Of a stretch of 64,000 nt of DNA, positions 40,125 to 58,408 are shown in pieces. Each line of letters opens with the position of its first letter. Position 1 is the first letter of the stretch. The DNA lies in NCBI GenBank assembly GCA_023515725.1, contig JALDTO010000215.1:211053-275052 (forward strand), read 5' to 3'. This DNA comes from Amoeboaphelidium protococcarum X5. Taxonomy: Eukaryota > Fungi > Aphelidiomycota. Position numbers and translations under genes: made by a program. The notes beneath the pieces were generated by a model. That model had not been told where the DNA came from, did not search any database, and was given only the letters and a program-made list of their open reading frames with translations.

Positions 40125-43100
40125 ATGACCAAGTTGATGCTGTCGTTGGATGAGGCGGCCAAGGATAGTCCTCTGTTTAGAGCCACTCTGTCCAAGATTG
40201 AAGATGATATTGAACAGGTGGCCTAGTGGCTGGATTCTTGTATCCGTGCTGGAAGAGGATTTAATGAAGAGTTGATAAAGTTTAACAGTATGGCCACTCT
40301 CCTCGCACATAGATTACATCTGGCTCATCGTGGATAGTCATCACAATCATAAGAATAGTTGTCTCCTAATGATGGTGCTAGGAGGCAATAGTTTATAGAT
40401 TCACAAGTCACCACAAAAATGTTGGATACATTTAGCGAAAGTTTGCAGTGTATTAGTCCATTTAGTTAAAAGTTGATTGATGAAGTGGAAGAGTTGCTGA
40501 TAAGTCCTCTTGTTGCGTTACTCAAGTACGAACTGGCTCATTTGAAGGAGAAGCGGCGCAACTATGAGCGTATAGTGGACAAGTATGAGTACCAGGTGGG
40601 GAAGTATGTTGGTATTAGCAGATAAAAGGAGCCTTCTGCCATAAGAGAAGATTCATTTTAACTATATGATGTTCGCAAGTCTTATATAGCCGCAACTTTG
40701 GATTATACGTGTGCTATTGTGAAATTTAAGCGTAAATTGGATGTGGTTCTGTACGAGAGTATTGATCAGCTGTATGAGCAATTTACCGAATTCTACTCCA
40801 ATTGCTAGTAGATTTACGATGGATTCAAGCCTAGAATTTCAGAGATAAAGCAGGTGTATGAGCGCAATAAAGAATAGCTGGATGAGTACAGCGCAGATTA
40901 TGAAAGCACCACGCCATTAATGATTTAACAGTTGATTGCGAAAGCTAAACCATCCTCAGCTCTGCCTATAAACACCATACCTGAAAAGCCGGCTGTTACT
41001 GAGCAATCACTTACGCATAAAGCCGGGTATCTGTACAAGAAATATGGTGCTAGGACTGCGATTGGGGTGGCACAATGGAATAGAAAATGGGTCATCGTTC
41101 AGAATGGCAAACTCCTATTTCACACCATGGTGAATAGATCTACTATCGGGGTATCTTATTCTCTTCCGCTCTCACTGGTGGAAGTTCGTATAGATGACAA
41201 GTCTGATCGGCGTTTTGTATTCGAGCTACTCACCAATAAGAAGTCTTATTATTTTCAAGCGGAGACGGAATAGGATCTTCTTACTTGGGTTGAATGTATC
41301 GAGGCTGCAAAATTGTACTCCATGGATCGAGATAATATGGACAGTGTCCGCTTGGATGATGAAAAGATGCTGGATGATGACGAGTATGAGGAGACGTTGA
41401 ATGTTGAAATTACGGCCTCTGTATAGGATGTCACTAGCGCATCTGACCAGTCTGGTGTTTTGATGCCATCCACTTAATAGCCACTTCTACTCAGTGCCAA
41501 AGTTGTGCACTTTGTCAAGTATCCGAACGCTGCAATGAGGAAGAAGAATCAGGAATTTCATTATGCCGTCAAGGCTGTCGGGTCTGATGAATATGTGATG
41601 GAGGCTTTCACCTCGGCCTTCTGCCCAAAGAATAGCAGTGAATGCATACCTGGAAAGTTGTATCTCACTCAGAAATCTATATGCTTTGTCAGTTCTGCTT
41701 CCGCTTCCGGATCGATAATTCTTCTCCTACCACTCAGTCAAGTGAAGTCTGTACATAAGAGCGATTACAATGGCACATCCTCTCTATACTACTCGGTGTC
41801 TCAGTTATCTCAGATGGTTGACTCTCAAGAGTATGAGGTGGTTAATGTCGATCATATTGTACAGGTTCCATTTGAATCTGACAAAGCATTTGGTGCGTCA
41901 CAACTGTTGATCAATAATGTTTAAAATCAGGAGAGAAGTGCGCAGAGTCTATTTGATGAGATCTACGCCAAGTATCGATCTTCACCTGCAGAGTAGATTC
42001 AGCAGCTATAATAGCAGTAGTAGTAGTAATAGAAGATTTAGTAATAGCAATAATTACAATAACAAGTAAAGTTGCCAACTGATGAACAGGGCGGTGTGTA
42101 AACTACTTATAAGTGGCCTGAAGATGCTCCTGCTCAGCCTTAAGATGAGGTAAAGTGTGGCTGTGAGAGTCATTTTGAGCGGGAAGAACACAATCTGGAG
42201 CTCGATGTTCCCGCACATGTACTCTTTGCATAGTTATTTGAATAGAAGCTGATTTTTGAATAGGTGCATCAGCTGAGAAATGATTGGGATGTCACAATAT
42301 CTGATTGGGCTGTAAATGATGGTAGCAACTCTGATGGTAGTGGTGATTAATAATAGAAATCTCGCACAGTCAGATGGATGTTTAATGTGAATAATCCAAT
42401 GGTTAGCCTCAAGACTACAGATTGTATTGAAGTGTAGACTGTGACTAGTGAACGCAAGTACTTGTGCTATGTTGTGGACTGCTTTAGTAAGACTGTGAAA
42501 GTTCCATATGGTGATGCTTTCTAGACACAGACGCGGTACTGTATTACATACATTGATGCTAGTAAGTGCAGATTGCGTATTACAATTGGTGTTGAGTGGT
42601 TCAAAAATCCAATGGTGAAGAGTATTATTAAATCTCAAGCAATGAAGGGACTTACTGATTATCTAAAAGATTTAGTCAAGATTATTCAGACTCAAGTTGT
42701 CAAGTCACCTGATGGTAAAAGCCTAGGACCAGGACTTGATAGTAAGTCTGCAAAGGCTGTCCCATCTCAATCTGGAGTTGCTTAAAAGAGCACACTTGGT
42801 GTAAATGATTTGTCAGTATCTTCGATTATTTCCACATTATTGGACATCACCAGCTATTTTACTGTCTAAACGATCGCTGCTGTTTTATTCACCCTCGTTG
42901 TGATGCTGACGTTGTAATTCTTTTTAAGTAAATCTCCTGTTTAGTAATCGAGTAGTCATCAGTCTTATGGTGATCATCATAACCATCATCATCAGTAGTA
43001 GTACTAGCAATAGCCAATTGCGCTGTAGTACGACTCTATATCCTAAGATGTGGTGGGTATTTACCTACGTGATATTCAAGATTCATTGTTGAATAGCAAC

Positions 43101-43457
43101 TCAACTCTTGGTATGGGCAACGGGAACAGGGCCATGTTGAAGAGAGCAAGTTTCCAAGCGTTTCTGTCTAGTGATAATCATCGCTGGTTCAAGGTTGAAT
43201 CTAGAAAGTAGCATAGAGCAAAGTTGTAAATGTTGAAGCATCTAAGAATGTACCGGAAACATCTACTGGACTCTTTCAGATAAATAAATTAGATGGAGTA
43301 TGAGTTACTGACTGCTTAGTATGCTCTTTGGATGAAAGATTAAATTTTGCACTGTTAGTCTCTTCTTGACAAGGTGGATGTTAAACATCGCAACAAGTTG
43401 CAAAATGCATGTAAAGCTCTCCAAGTTGACCTAAGATTATTACAGATTTATCAGTGA
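40125..43457 (+). CDS. BAR-PH-GRAM-VASt (StARkin) sterol-transfer protein, Sip3/Lam1-like
   Basis: EAAKDSPLFRA BAR start; PH HKAGYLYKK…DRRFVFEL; GRAM PGKLYLTQK; VASt KVPYGDAF…WFKNPMVKSII; TM near C-terminus. Confidence 0.88.
42001..42066 (+). repeat. Poly-Gln tract encoded by mixed CAG/CAA/TAG/TAA codons inside the Sip3-like CDS
   Basis: …cag cag cta taa tag cag tag tag tag taa tag aag att tag taa tag caa taa tta caa taa caa… in frame between the GRAM and VASt domains. Confidence 0.85.
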
Positions 43458-43515
43458 TAGCGTAGTCTTATTGAAATGAAAACATTTGTTCATGATGATA
43501 AAATTTATCGTTTAA

Positions 43516-46936
<3,421 letters not shown>

Positions 46937-47206
46937 TATACAAACTTTACCACAAGAATATTAGTGATAAAATAGAGTATTACGTATACAAAGAGCTAAG
47001 ATAGATATACGTTATAAAGGTCGTGTGTAAAATCGTAACAGGAAAGAAGTTGAAACGATTCGACTGAAACTGAAACGAAAAATTCCTGTTCGATCGACCG
47101 AAGAAATGAAGATTACGCAACACAGTGGAATACATGGAATAGAGAAGAACTTGAATTACTCCAAGTGGAGTGATCGCGGATATATATTCTAATTAATTAT
47201 CATAAT

Positions 47207-50200
47207 TCAATACCTCTGTTGAAGGATCGCTTGCTTTGCCGTTTTATAATTCTCACTCGTCAACTCAGCGATGAACATTCCCTACACAGCAGTATGATCA
47301 ATTATTATAACTTGGAACAAGTCAATCCGAATTCACACGTACCTTTCTGCGACGTACAGACTCCATATACCTCCTAGCTATATTATCTCTATCCGATTTA
47401 TCACCCAAATCTTCCAACTCCTCTTCAGTCTGTGGTATCCAGAATGGATCCTGATCTAAGAGTTCCCATCCAGCAAAGACCAGTTGTGGTTGAGCAACTC
47501 CGCTAGTTCGCTTTCTAATATCTACACATTGTACACAAATCATGCGTTCTCAATATAGAGAAGTAACGCGTAATAATACTCTAATTACAGTAAGGTTATC
47601 AATAATTCTTACCGTCCGAGAATCCAAAAGACTCACATACAGGAAGTTTGGCAGAAATCGTGAATATCGCATAGCCATCCTTCATTTCTTCAGACTCAAT
47701 TCTACCGCGTCTCTAGTTGAGTACTGCGTAAACTCTACCAAGAACTTGTGAGGTGGCATAGATCTCACATCTATACATGGCCAACATTATACGCGGAGAC
47801 CATTACATGAAAGCCTTATGTATAGCCTCTCTCATCAGCGATATCATCTAACCACTGACAACAGTTAAATCAGCATCCGCATTCACGTCCAAAGACATTA
47901 TTGATATACAGACTCCCTGAATTGGCTCTGCGCAAAGAGGACCAGATTACACAGCAACACTGAATGCAGCTCTTATACTAGCATCCAACTGACTGTATAT
48001 CGTGTTTGCACTTTAAGGCAAAAGCCATGTATTGCGATTGTAATCCTAAATGCAATTGATCAGTATATTAGGACCGATTCTTTTGGGTCCAAAGCACCAT
48101 ATGTTCTTCATGTCTATAGGATGAATCCATGAAGCTTTTTGACAGATATCATTTAATTGATTAATAAAGTGTTAGCAGCCATCATTAACAGAAACGCCGC
48201 TGTTCTAATTTTCAATTATTTAAGTTATTCGCTACTAATTGGACTCTAGGAACTGCACAACCTCAGTTGGGATGGGCTAAGCTTTAAGCTTGATAGTGCA
48301 ATACTAATTCTAGACTTGAACACTAAAATCTTGTTGCAAATCTATTTCGTTACCATGCACAATGGCCTCCCTGAAAGGTACAATAGCTGGAGAGATATGA
48401 AGATCAATCCTTGCAAATTGCTCTTTCAAGTCTGCAATACATCGCTCCAGGTGCAGTTCACCAGCACATTACAGAATATGCTCACCAGTGTCTTGCAATT
48501 CAATTTAGACACAGGGATCAGCAAAGTTTAATTGCTTTAAGCCTCGTACAAGTTAATCCAATTGCTTCGGATCAGCCGGTTCTATCGAAACTCTAACAAT
48601 GGGCGCAGAGCTGCCAAAATCTATAGAGCCAAGCGGCACGCACTTGAGAGTGGAAGACAGAGTAGCATATTTAAGACTTGATGTACCACCACTAACAATA
48701 AGACCGAACACATTGCCCGCACTGATCTCTTAAACCTCTTCCAGATCGCGGCCCATCATCATAAAGAGATGGTTTACTTCAACTTGCTCATAAGATTAGG
48801 CTTATGGATTCTACAAATTAAATTTCGGTCGCAGAATATATATCTTCTATCCCTTCTTTATAACTCCAGAATATATTCGAGAGAATCCCACCATGAGACA
48901 ATCTTCACTACCACCGCTACCACCACTCTACGCATTAAAATCATTAAAACCATTGGATTCCTAATCAAAATTCCCCAGTAAAGATGCAGCCTTCATCCGG
49001 GCGGCAAGCATATCTCGTCTCCTCTGCAGATCCTTCTCATCTGCTTCATTACTGTTCGACTCTTTAAGGAAATGAATAAACTTCTCCGGCACAGAAAGCA
49101 TTTTAGCAATAAACGCAACAACAGGTGAATCTTCAATTTGAGAACAAGTAAATACGGCACTCTTCACAGGCTCCAACTAATCTGCTACCACTGAATCCTA
49201 AACGCTAAACAATTCACCCAACTTGATCATTTAAGACTATCGCGGACTAGGCAAAAGGTCCACTACGGCCAGAAGCACAGATTTAGAGAGCGGTAACCAC
49301 TACGACATGATGGCATTGAGAACAACTTTGGAATCTTTGGACTTGGCGTCGCCTGGAGACAGTTTGATATTGAGAGCCGTGATAATCTTCTCCCTCTACT
49401 GCAAATCTGGATTCAACTATACTGCCTCATAAACTTACCACAAGTTGTCGAGCATAAATTAAACTGCAAACGGCTTCAAAGCTCGTCCCTTCAATTACTT
49501 TGCCGTAAGTACTTTCTTCTACTTGGAATCAAAATAATAATCTCCCCACAAAGCTTTCTACAATGCCGCCTCTTTAAAGCCAAGCTTATGAGCCAAAATC
49601 TGAGCGAAATCATTAACTCTGAACGCCCAACCATCTATAGCACTACTAAAAAGCACATTACCAGCAGATGGTTCAAAATAATTGTTAATCTCACATTCCA
49701 CTTCTTCCTGTTATTATTATTACTATTATGGCTTTCCTTCCTATTGCTATTGCGCAGACTGATCAAGATTTTGTTAAATAAAAGACTAGGCGTTCTCTTG
49801 CTTCTGAATATCTTCATCTATACTAAATGATGCCCAGATGGCGTTAGCTTATTCAATGATATTACGCAGCTATTAATACGCTTCCTGAGGTGAAAGTCTT
49901 AGTTCAACTATGAAGCGATCAATCTTATTCAGTACCAGAAGGGGCTTTACTTTTTCCAACCTGGCCTACTTCAACACCACCACCGTCTGACTCGAAATAC
50001 CTTCCACTACATCCACTAGCACTAGAGCACCATCACACAATCTACTAGCCACGGATACCTCACTACTGAAATCAATATGACCCGGAGAATCAATCAGATT
50101 GATCAAGTACTCCTTCTCGACAATGCTCGATACACCAGGAGAATCAGCACCGCCACCACCATCAGCAGCATTAGTACTTGATTTAGACCTTGATACCGTC

Positions 50201-50436
50201 TTGGTGTATAGTGATATACAACTTGCTTTCATTGTAATACCACGATCCTACTCATCCTTTCGACTATCCAGAAATCTGACTTTACCAGCAAGTTTTGATG
50301 ATACAATACCATTGGTGGCCAGCAGAAGATCAGACATTGTAGTCTTTCCATGATCAATATGCGCCAACAGACAGATGTTCCTAATGTTCTCTGGATACTT
50401 TTACAATTTCAATAACACGTCTTTACCCACTGGCAT
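47207..50436 (-). CDS. EFL1: Elongation factor-like GTPase EFL1/Ria1; introns 47522..47612 and 47282..47342
   Basis: [65 protein letters not shown]. Confidence 0.95.
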
Positions 50437-50652
50437 ATTAAATTAATATTACTATAAAGAGAGTTGAAGTTATCAAGTGAGCTATACAAACTAAAGTAAA
50501 AGTAAATCACAATTGTCAGAGAAGAAAAAGCGAAAAACTTCTTCTCTTCGTTACAATTGTCTCAACTCTCACCTTGGAATTTTTGGGATTTAATTCATTT
50601 TTTACCTAGATCTAGTTTGATACTGCACAGCTTAATAATATCTCTAATAACA

Positions 50653-51522
50653 ATGACTGGTAAGAGCGAAAAGGTCCTGCTTAGAGATATAAAGTAATTG
50701 ATTTTGTATGGGGATCGGATGACCACAGGAAGACGTGCGGATCCCATCCCGCAGCTGGAATGCACCGGAGGCGATGCTTGTGATTATGCAGATATTCATG
50801 TGATGAGATGTGAGAATGTTGGTGTGGATGGATAGACGGGAGCAGTCAGTTGGAAGTGCACTGCTCAGCATGATGATACTGTTCAGCTTGGCGCAACGGA
50901 TGTCGTTTGTGAAGGCTACGCAAATTCTAATGATAAGTACGTCCTGGCCGGAAGTTGTGGAGTTGAGTATTCACTTCATCTCACTGCTCGTGGAAGGGAG
51001 TATTACATGGTGGGTGATGGTAAGAATAATAAGAATGGTAAAAATGGTAACCTTAAAGGGACCACGAGTGGGCGTTAGACTGACACTGAGATCAGTTGGT
51101 TTGGTTGGATGTTTATCTTGCTCATATTATATATACTTTATACATCACTATGTCGCGCTCACCGTGATAGTAGGCCAGGAGGTAATTATAACGGCAGTGG
51201 TCCGCCTAATAATCCAGGTGGTGGTCATCGCGATTCACCGCCACCACCTCCATACTCCAAACATCCTGATCATAACCAGGAGTTCCATGCGCGGTCTGGT
51301 ACATCTACCGCTTCTGATACGTCATCATTCTTGGCTGGGGCTGGGCTTGGAGGTATTGGTGGTTACATGTTGGGATCAAGATCGGGTCATAATGATAATA
51401 CTTAATAGACTGGTGGCGACTCTCGTATCAGGCGTGATAGTCCAGATAGGATGCGGCAATCTGAACCGTCTCCCCCTCGACAATCCTCTTCTACTGGTTT
51501 TGGTCAAAGTAGAAATAGATGA
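50653..51522 (+). CDS. SARAF: SARAF/TMEM66 (DUF1183) family protein
   Basis: KVLLRDIK(Q)L.LY..RMTTGRR..PIPQL.C.GG, V.CEGY....D.YVLAGSCG.EY.L, TM, PPPPYS, STGFGQSRNR*. Confidence 0.9.
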
Positions 51523-51791
51523 TTTAATATCTCTCTTGATGTATTTAGATTTCTTTTATGGCTAATTTTAGCTTGAATTCACAGAGGAAGCCTCGGCTAT
51601 TCCCCATAGTTGATATCTCTCCTTTGAGGTGATGTATCGTCTATCCAACAACGCCGAGTTGAGAGCCACTAATCAAAGGGGAAATTATATGACCAGCCAC
51701 AATATTATTATCATTCATTATTTACCATTTATTCACAAAAATTAAACATATCCACCGCAATAGTTGCATTGAGCATCCACGGTCACCTTAT

Positions 51792-53571
51792 TCAATGCTT
51801 TTTCTCTCTCAGACGTCTCTGCTCTCTTTGATATTGAAACAGTGACTATGGCTGAACCGGTCCATTGGAGTAGAAATAGCAAATATCGTCCATGCGCTTG
51901 TCTTTAGATGGAAATGAATGCTTTCCCTTTTACATGACATTTTTCTGTCCAATGGCAAAGTTATACGCAGTTGGAGGATGCTGCACTATGACTTCAGGTC
52001 CACAGTTCCACACAATACAATTGGCACCGCTCCATCCTTGTCCTACACTCTTGAACCGATTAATAACAACATGTACCATATTTACGTTCTACATATAAAG
52101 CAAATATCTCAATCTTACCTGAACCCATCCATGCGCGATTCTGAATTGCTACATTACCGCGAATGTTATCGTACAGAAATCCACTAGCCCATCTTTGATG
52201 CGTCTCGGAGCATCCCATATTACCAACAGCGGTGCAATCGTGAAATACATTTGGACCAACAATGCGAGAACTCACAGCATACGCATGTCTAGCCTCTTCG
52301 GTAGTGCAATGCTGAACAAGGCAGCAACTTCCATTAATGGTGAAGCCGTAGCGCTTACCACCATCAATTTTGGCAGCGGGCTTGTTAAAAGAGCAGTATT
52401 CAATAGTTGAGAATTTGGCACCTCCTTATAACACACAACCATGCCCAAAACAGTGACTATGAATATTCGACGCCCAGGATCTGATGCAATTGTCCATTGA
52501 GAGCGTTGTCTCCAGATGATTGTCATCACACCAGCAAGTCTACTTTGTCTTATTATCCGTCTGAGTCTGAGAGAAGTCAACATGGCAGACAACCTCGAAA
52601 TTCTCAATGGCCACCTAAGATACTCTATAGCTGTCGTCAAACTTTTCAACATGCCCGCCGCCATACTTGTCCTCAATCGTGGTGGTGACACCGACATCAA
52701 TATCGATATAGTTATGCTCTTTATCCACACCGGTGACATATCTCAAGTTGAACAGATTAAAAGGACCCCATGGCTTCGTTGAAGATGGATCATTAGGACG
52801 ACGTGGCATCTGCTTATCATCCATGCCAATATCTTCAATCCACTTCTGATTGCAACGACGGACAACACGGACACTATCACCAACTTTGTACTTGTCAGTG
52901 GACTTTACATGCACTCTAGTAACACCAACACCAAGTCTTCCCACAATATCAGTCTTATCATATGCACGGCCGGCTGGAGTGTCACTCATCACAGTGAACA
53001 AAGTGCCTTTATCTTTGGTTCTACAAACCAATCTTGTCAGCGGGCGACCATCTTGAGCTACTTCACCACGCAGTATAACGCCAGACTATTTAATAGTAAA
53101 GCCCTTTGAATCAACGCCGTAGGTACCAGCTTTCAATAAAACCACCGCTCTAAATCCACTACCTAGCACTGGCATTTAAGAAGCCTTGTCTATAGCCGCC
53201 TGGATTTCATGGCTCTAATCTGGCAGATGCAATTCATCTTGATGACACGAATGCTACTACTGCGGCAAGCATTTGTCCAAGTGTGGCTGGGCAACATTCT
53301 TGATCTGCTACTTGATATTACTAAACAAACCGTGCTTGTGATGATGAGAATGGCCATCTGACTGTGAAGAAGCTTAAGATTCAACAGACTTTGACGGGTA
53401 GACTACAACCTGAGGTATGTTGGGATCCCGACCTGCATCAATAATATTCTGAGGGCACCCACATAAAGAAAAGTCCAGCAACGGATCACCACCAGGCAGA
53501 ACAACCTTCTCTGGCTAATGCCACGGCTGCTTATCAGCATACAACTTTCTATCAATCTCTGCCGCAATCAT
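51792..53571 (-). CDS. Bacterial-type right-handed beta-helix (pectate-lyase-3-like) polysaccharide-active protein; intron 52043..52118
   Basis: DFSYVG, IQAAID…GFRAVVLLKAGTY…SGVILRGE, GPNVFHDC, ETHQRWASGFLYDN, NRAWMGS|GQGWSGAN..WNC, QHPPTAYNFAIG, P.SLFQYQ. Confidence 0.75.
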
Positions 53572-53765
53572 TCTTTAGTATTTAAAATGTTCTTACTACC
53601 AAGTTAAGAGTCTGAGAGGATGTGAATAGAAGATTGAGTAGCAATACGAAAATAAAACTGGAAAAGTTGAAACAAGAAAATGAGTCATAGATTGATTTCA
53701 ATATATTTCATACAGCCACTTCAGGCAATGAAACAAACGCGTAACGTTCACTTTGGAAGGATGAA

Positions 53766-54947
<1,182 letters not shown>

Positions 54948-55406
54948 TCTCTTTTGTATTTGGTCTTTTGATTATTATGCTGAAGTGTTTGCAGTCATTT
55001 TTAAAAGTAAATTATGAGGTTACTGCTTTTTAATAACAGGAAAACAACTGGTTTGATATAAAGTTGATCACAGCGGCGCGTTTGAGTTCGGCAATGTCAC
55101 GCGTGACCTTTGAAGATGTAACACCAGAAGAGACACAACACTATTCTCTGAGTTCTCATTTATTATCAAGCTTATTGAAAATGAACTGTCAATTTTGTAT
55201 TATTCAAATGCTGTCATTATAGAAGGCAGAATTTTATGTGTGAAGTACGAAACTGGAACACTTCACCTACATGAGCCAGAAGAAATTGCACTTGATCATT
55301 ATATTATTCGCGCACAAAATTCATAGAAAAACCACGTGAGGCAATTCAAATTTATACTTATTTTCTTTATATAAGCTTCATTAATTATTATGACCCAAGC
55401 ATGATA

Positions 55407-57068
55407 TCAATTACCATTTATACCATTGATGTGAACACTGGAGGAGGCATTGTTCTTCAAGAACGAATCCCAGACGGTCATCATCTTCTCATGAGACTCG
55501 GTCAACTTGCCCAGGAACTCTCTGACGGCCAGCTGTAAGTCTTTCACCTTGTTATGCTCAAACAGTTCCAATTCCTTCTTCAATACCACGCTGACATCAT
55601 CGAATTCCTTCTTAGTGTCGATAATCTTCTACTCAGCCTCAGCAATCTCCTACTCGGCCTATTGGACCTTCTCTGGTTTGGAGCGTGACATCTTGGTCTT
55701 CTCCAAGGAGATCTTCAACTTGCTCAGATTCTACTATGACAACAAATGGTTATTGTAAATCTTCAACCGTGATTGGAACGCAGACTTTACAGCACCCATA
55801 GTTCTTACATACTCATCAAAGGTATTGGCAAGGAACATCAGGTCATACCCAGACTGTTCAGAGTGTATTTTCTATATTTCTTTATGAGCCTCACCAAATG
55901 CAGTCAGCTGCTTCTCAATGCTCTTATTCAATTCAGACGTGCCCAAAGCAAATACACTCTCACCAAACTCTAAGACGGCAACGGACAGATTATCACGTTC
56001 CTAAATCATCTAGTCAATAGCCTTGGCGACAGCCTTCATAAGATTCTCTTGTTCTTCAATATAGACGCGTTTCCCCTCGAAGAACTCATCAGGGTCCGTG
56101 ACTTTGGCAAAGGATCCCGTGGCATTCGACATAGCATCACCCAGTTTACTCATGAAAGATGAGCCACTCTTCTGCTCCTTCTTCTTGTTATCGCTAATTT
56201 CTGAAGACAGGTCATCGGTCTCCATGAAAGTAACAAATACAGGGTCTTTGTTCAGCACTGGATGAGCGGCAATCTTCTTCATCATCCTGTCCAACAGGGC
56301 ACGTCGATTCTCGACAAAGTCTTCATCGAATCTACCAATAGCATGCTTCTCTGGTGGAGGCGGCACAATTATTCCAGGATTTCTAGCAGAGAGTTGAGCT
56401 GAAAGCCACAAGAATTCTTTATATCGACGATTGACACTCATGTGCTAATTCTTAAAGCTATTAGACTTGGTCATGGCAACGACTTTATACGTGGTGTGAG
56501 CTTTCATACCCTCGCCTTTAGTAGTAGGATCACACACGCTGATTGTAAAATCTTCATGCTCATCCGAGTATCCAGCTGGACGTTGATTATAATTCTAATG
56601 CAAGACTCTCGTGCTGCTCAAGCTATCGGCGCGATCTTTGGCCGCGTTACCACCAGTGTTAAGAGAAGCAGTAGTATCAGCCAAGCTAAGTCTTTCAACG
56701 CTCTTCACTGGAGCAACGGAGCTCTCATCCTACTCACCGCTGTAATTAGTTGCCAGCGGATTGTTAGTGCTCGCATCATCTAATCTCTCCTGACTATATC
56801 CGGAGCTGACAGATTCTTAACGCTACATACTGCTTCCACCCTCAGCCATACTGCTAGCTGCACCGCGAAACATTGAAGGATCTCTACTGCCAACCAGACC
56901 TTGAATAGAAGCACCATCATTCGCTCCTTGCTAGCTAGTGCCACTCACAGATGCAAAAGGATTGATGTGTAAATCCATATTGTAATTGCTAGAATGAAGA
57001 TCAGGATTCAGCAAATCCTACAGCTCACTCTTTTCGCGCATTGATTAAGACTAATTACTATCAGACAT
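55407..57068 (-). CDS. VPS5: Retromer PX-BAR sorting nexin Vps5/SNX1-2
   Basis: VCDP..KGEGMKAHTTYKV, VNRRYKEFLWL, GIIVPPPPEKHAIGRFDEDFVENRR, BAR coiled coil. Confidence 0.93.
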
Positions 57069-57499
57069 TATAAATTTTGATTATTATTACTCACTCAACA
57101 GATATAACTCTCACTTCTTGACGGTGAAATAAAAGTAATGAACAGATGATCTGAAAGACGGCGCGAAATCCTTTTCTTCAACTGACTGACTCGTGCGCGA
57201 TCAAAGTTTTGCGACTGATAGAGAAAGACTGCGTTAGATGATTCGCGCGCAAGAAGCTTTCTGAGCCCCTGAAAATGTTCTTTCCAAGGCGAGCCAATGT
57301 TTCCCCAAAAAATGGTGTCATTTTACTTGTAAAATTTTTTGTAGTTCCATATTTTATACGCGTTATAACAAAGATTTACTAAAAGCGGAAGAAAATGCCC
57401 GGATATTCCGCGATACCGATATAAAGGAAGTAATTCTATGGAACGCGCCTAGTAAAACATATTACAGGATTCAATAACTTTATAGTACAACAGATTATA

Positions 57500-58270
57500 T
57501 CAAAAGAATTCAGCAGATTGCTATTGAAAGAGCTCAACCATAGACTGCATCTTGTCAACTTCAAAGGTGGCTCTCGCGTAATCAAATTTAGACGAAGATA
57601 ATTGCCGCTCCGTCTATTTCATTCGACTCTTCAGTTCCAATTTCTACTTTCGCGTTTCAGCCAGCTTCTTCTCAATCTCAGAGCTCCAGTCTTTCTGAGA
57701 AGCTGCCGAAATTAATTGCTGTTGCTGAACCACTTCAGTCTAGGGAGCGGATGAGTTCAACTGCATCAAATCATCGACAGGCGCGCTTTAAGTCTTGGCA
57801 TCTTGCTGTTATTACGCATAATATTATTCATCCGCGGCGTATGTTTGGTATTAAGTCTGATCGGCAGCATAAGAATGGCGGTAGCGTTTATTTGGAGGAG
57901 GTTAATGTTCTCTGACATGGCTTTACATCATTGCATTGTACTCACTAGAGGTGGCATTGTACTACTACTCCGCACTATAATTATCACGGTAACTATAATC
58001 TTATCGGTAATTGCGATGATATTATTATTATTGTTATTATTGCTGTGGATAATTAGGCCTTTATACATATTGAGGACGCACCGGATATTGAGGTCGTGCT
58101 TAGTTATAGCGATAGTCTCTTCTTTCATACGTCTACGATTATTATTATTATGGAGGATATTACGCATGCGGTCTTCCTTGATACCCTCCACGCTAATAAT
58201 TTTAGCTGGACGAATAATATCCTCTCCCTCTCCCACGGCCTCTACTGTAATAATCACCTTAATCGGACAT
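57500..58270 (-). CDS. Low-complexity RG/Y/Q-rich protein with C-terminal coiled coil (~256 aa)
   Basis: MSDQGDYYSRGRGRGRGYY…poly-Q (TAA runs)…ELKSRMNRR…FDYARATFEVDKMQSMVELF; intact in table 6. Confidence 0.7.
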
Positions 58271-58408
58271 TCAAAATAGAAAAGTTTTTACTGGGAGGTT
58301 ATTGAAGTACAGAATATGCTTGGAAGAGAAAAGAAAAGAGCGCGTCAATCAAATTGCAATGAATTGATTTCATGAAAACGCGGCAAATCGGCGAATAATA
58401 CAATTAAA

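Noticed and set aside
50810-51565. 251-aa standard-code ORF, and similar shadow ORFs (378..746, 4819..5355, 57803..58279, 61174..61644)
   Set aside because: Alternative-frame or antisense shadows of recognised genes.
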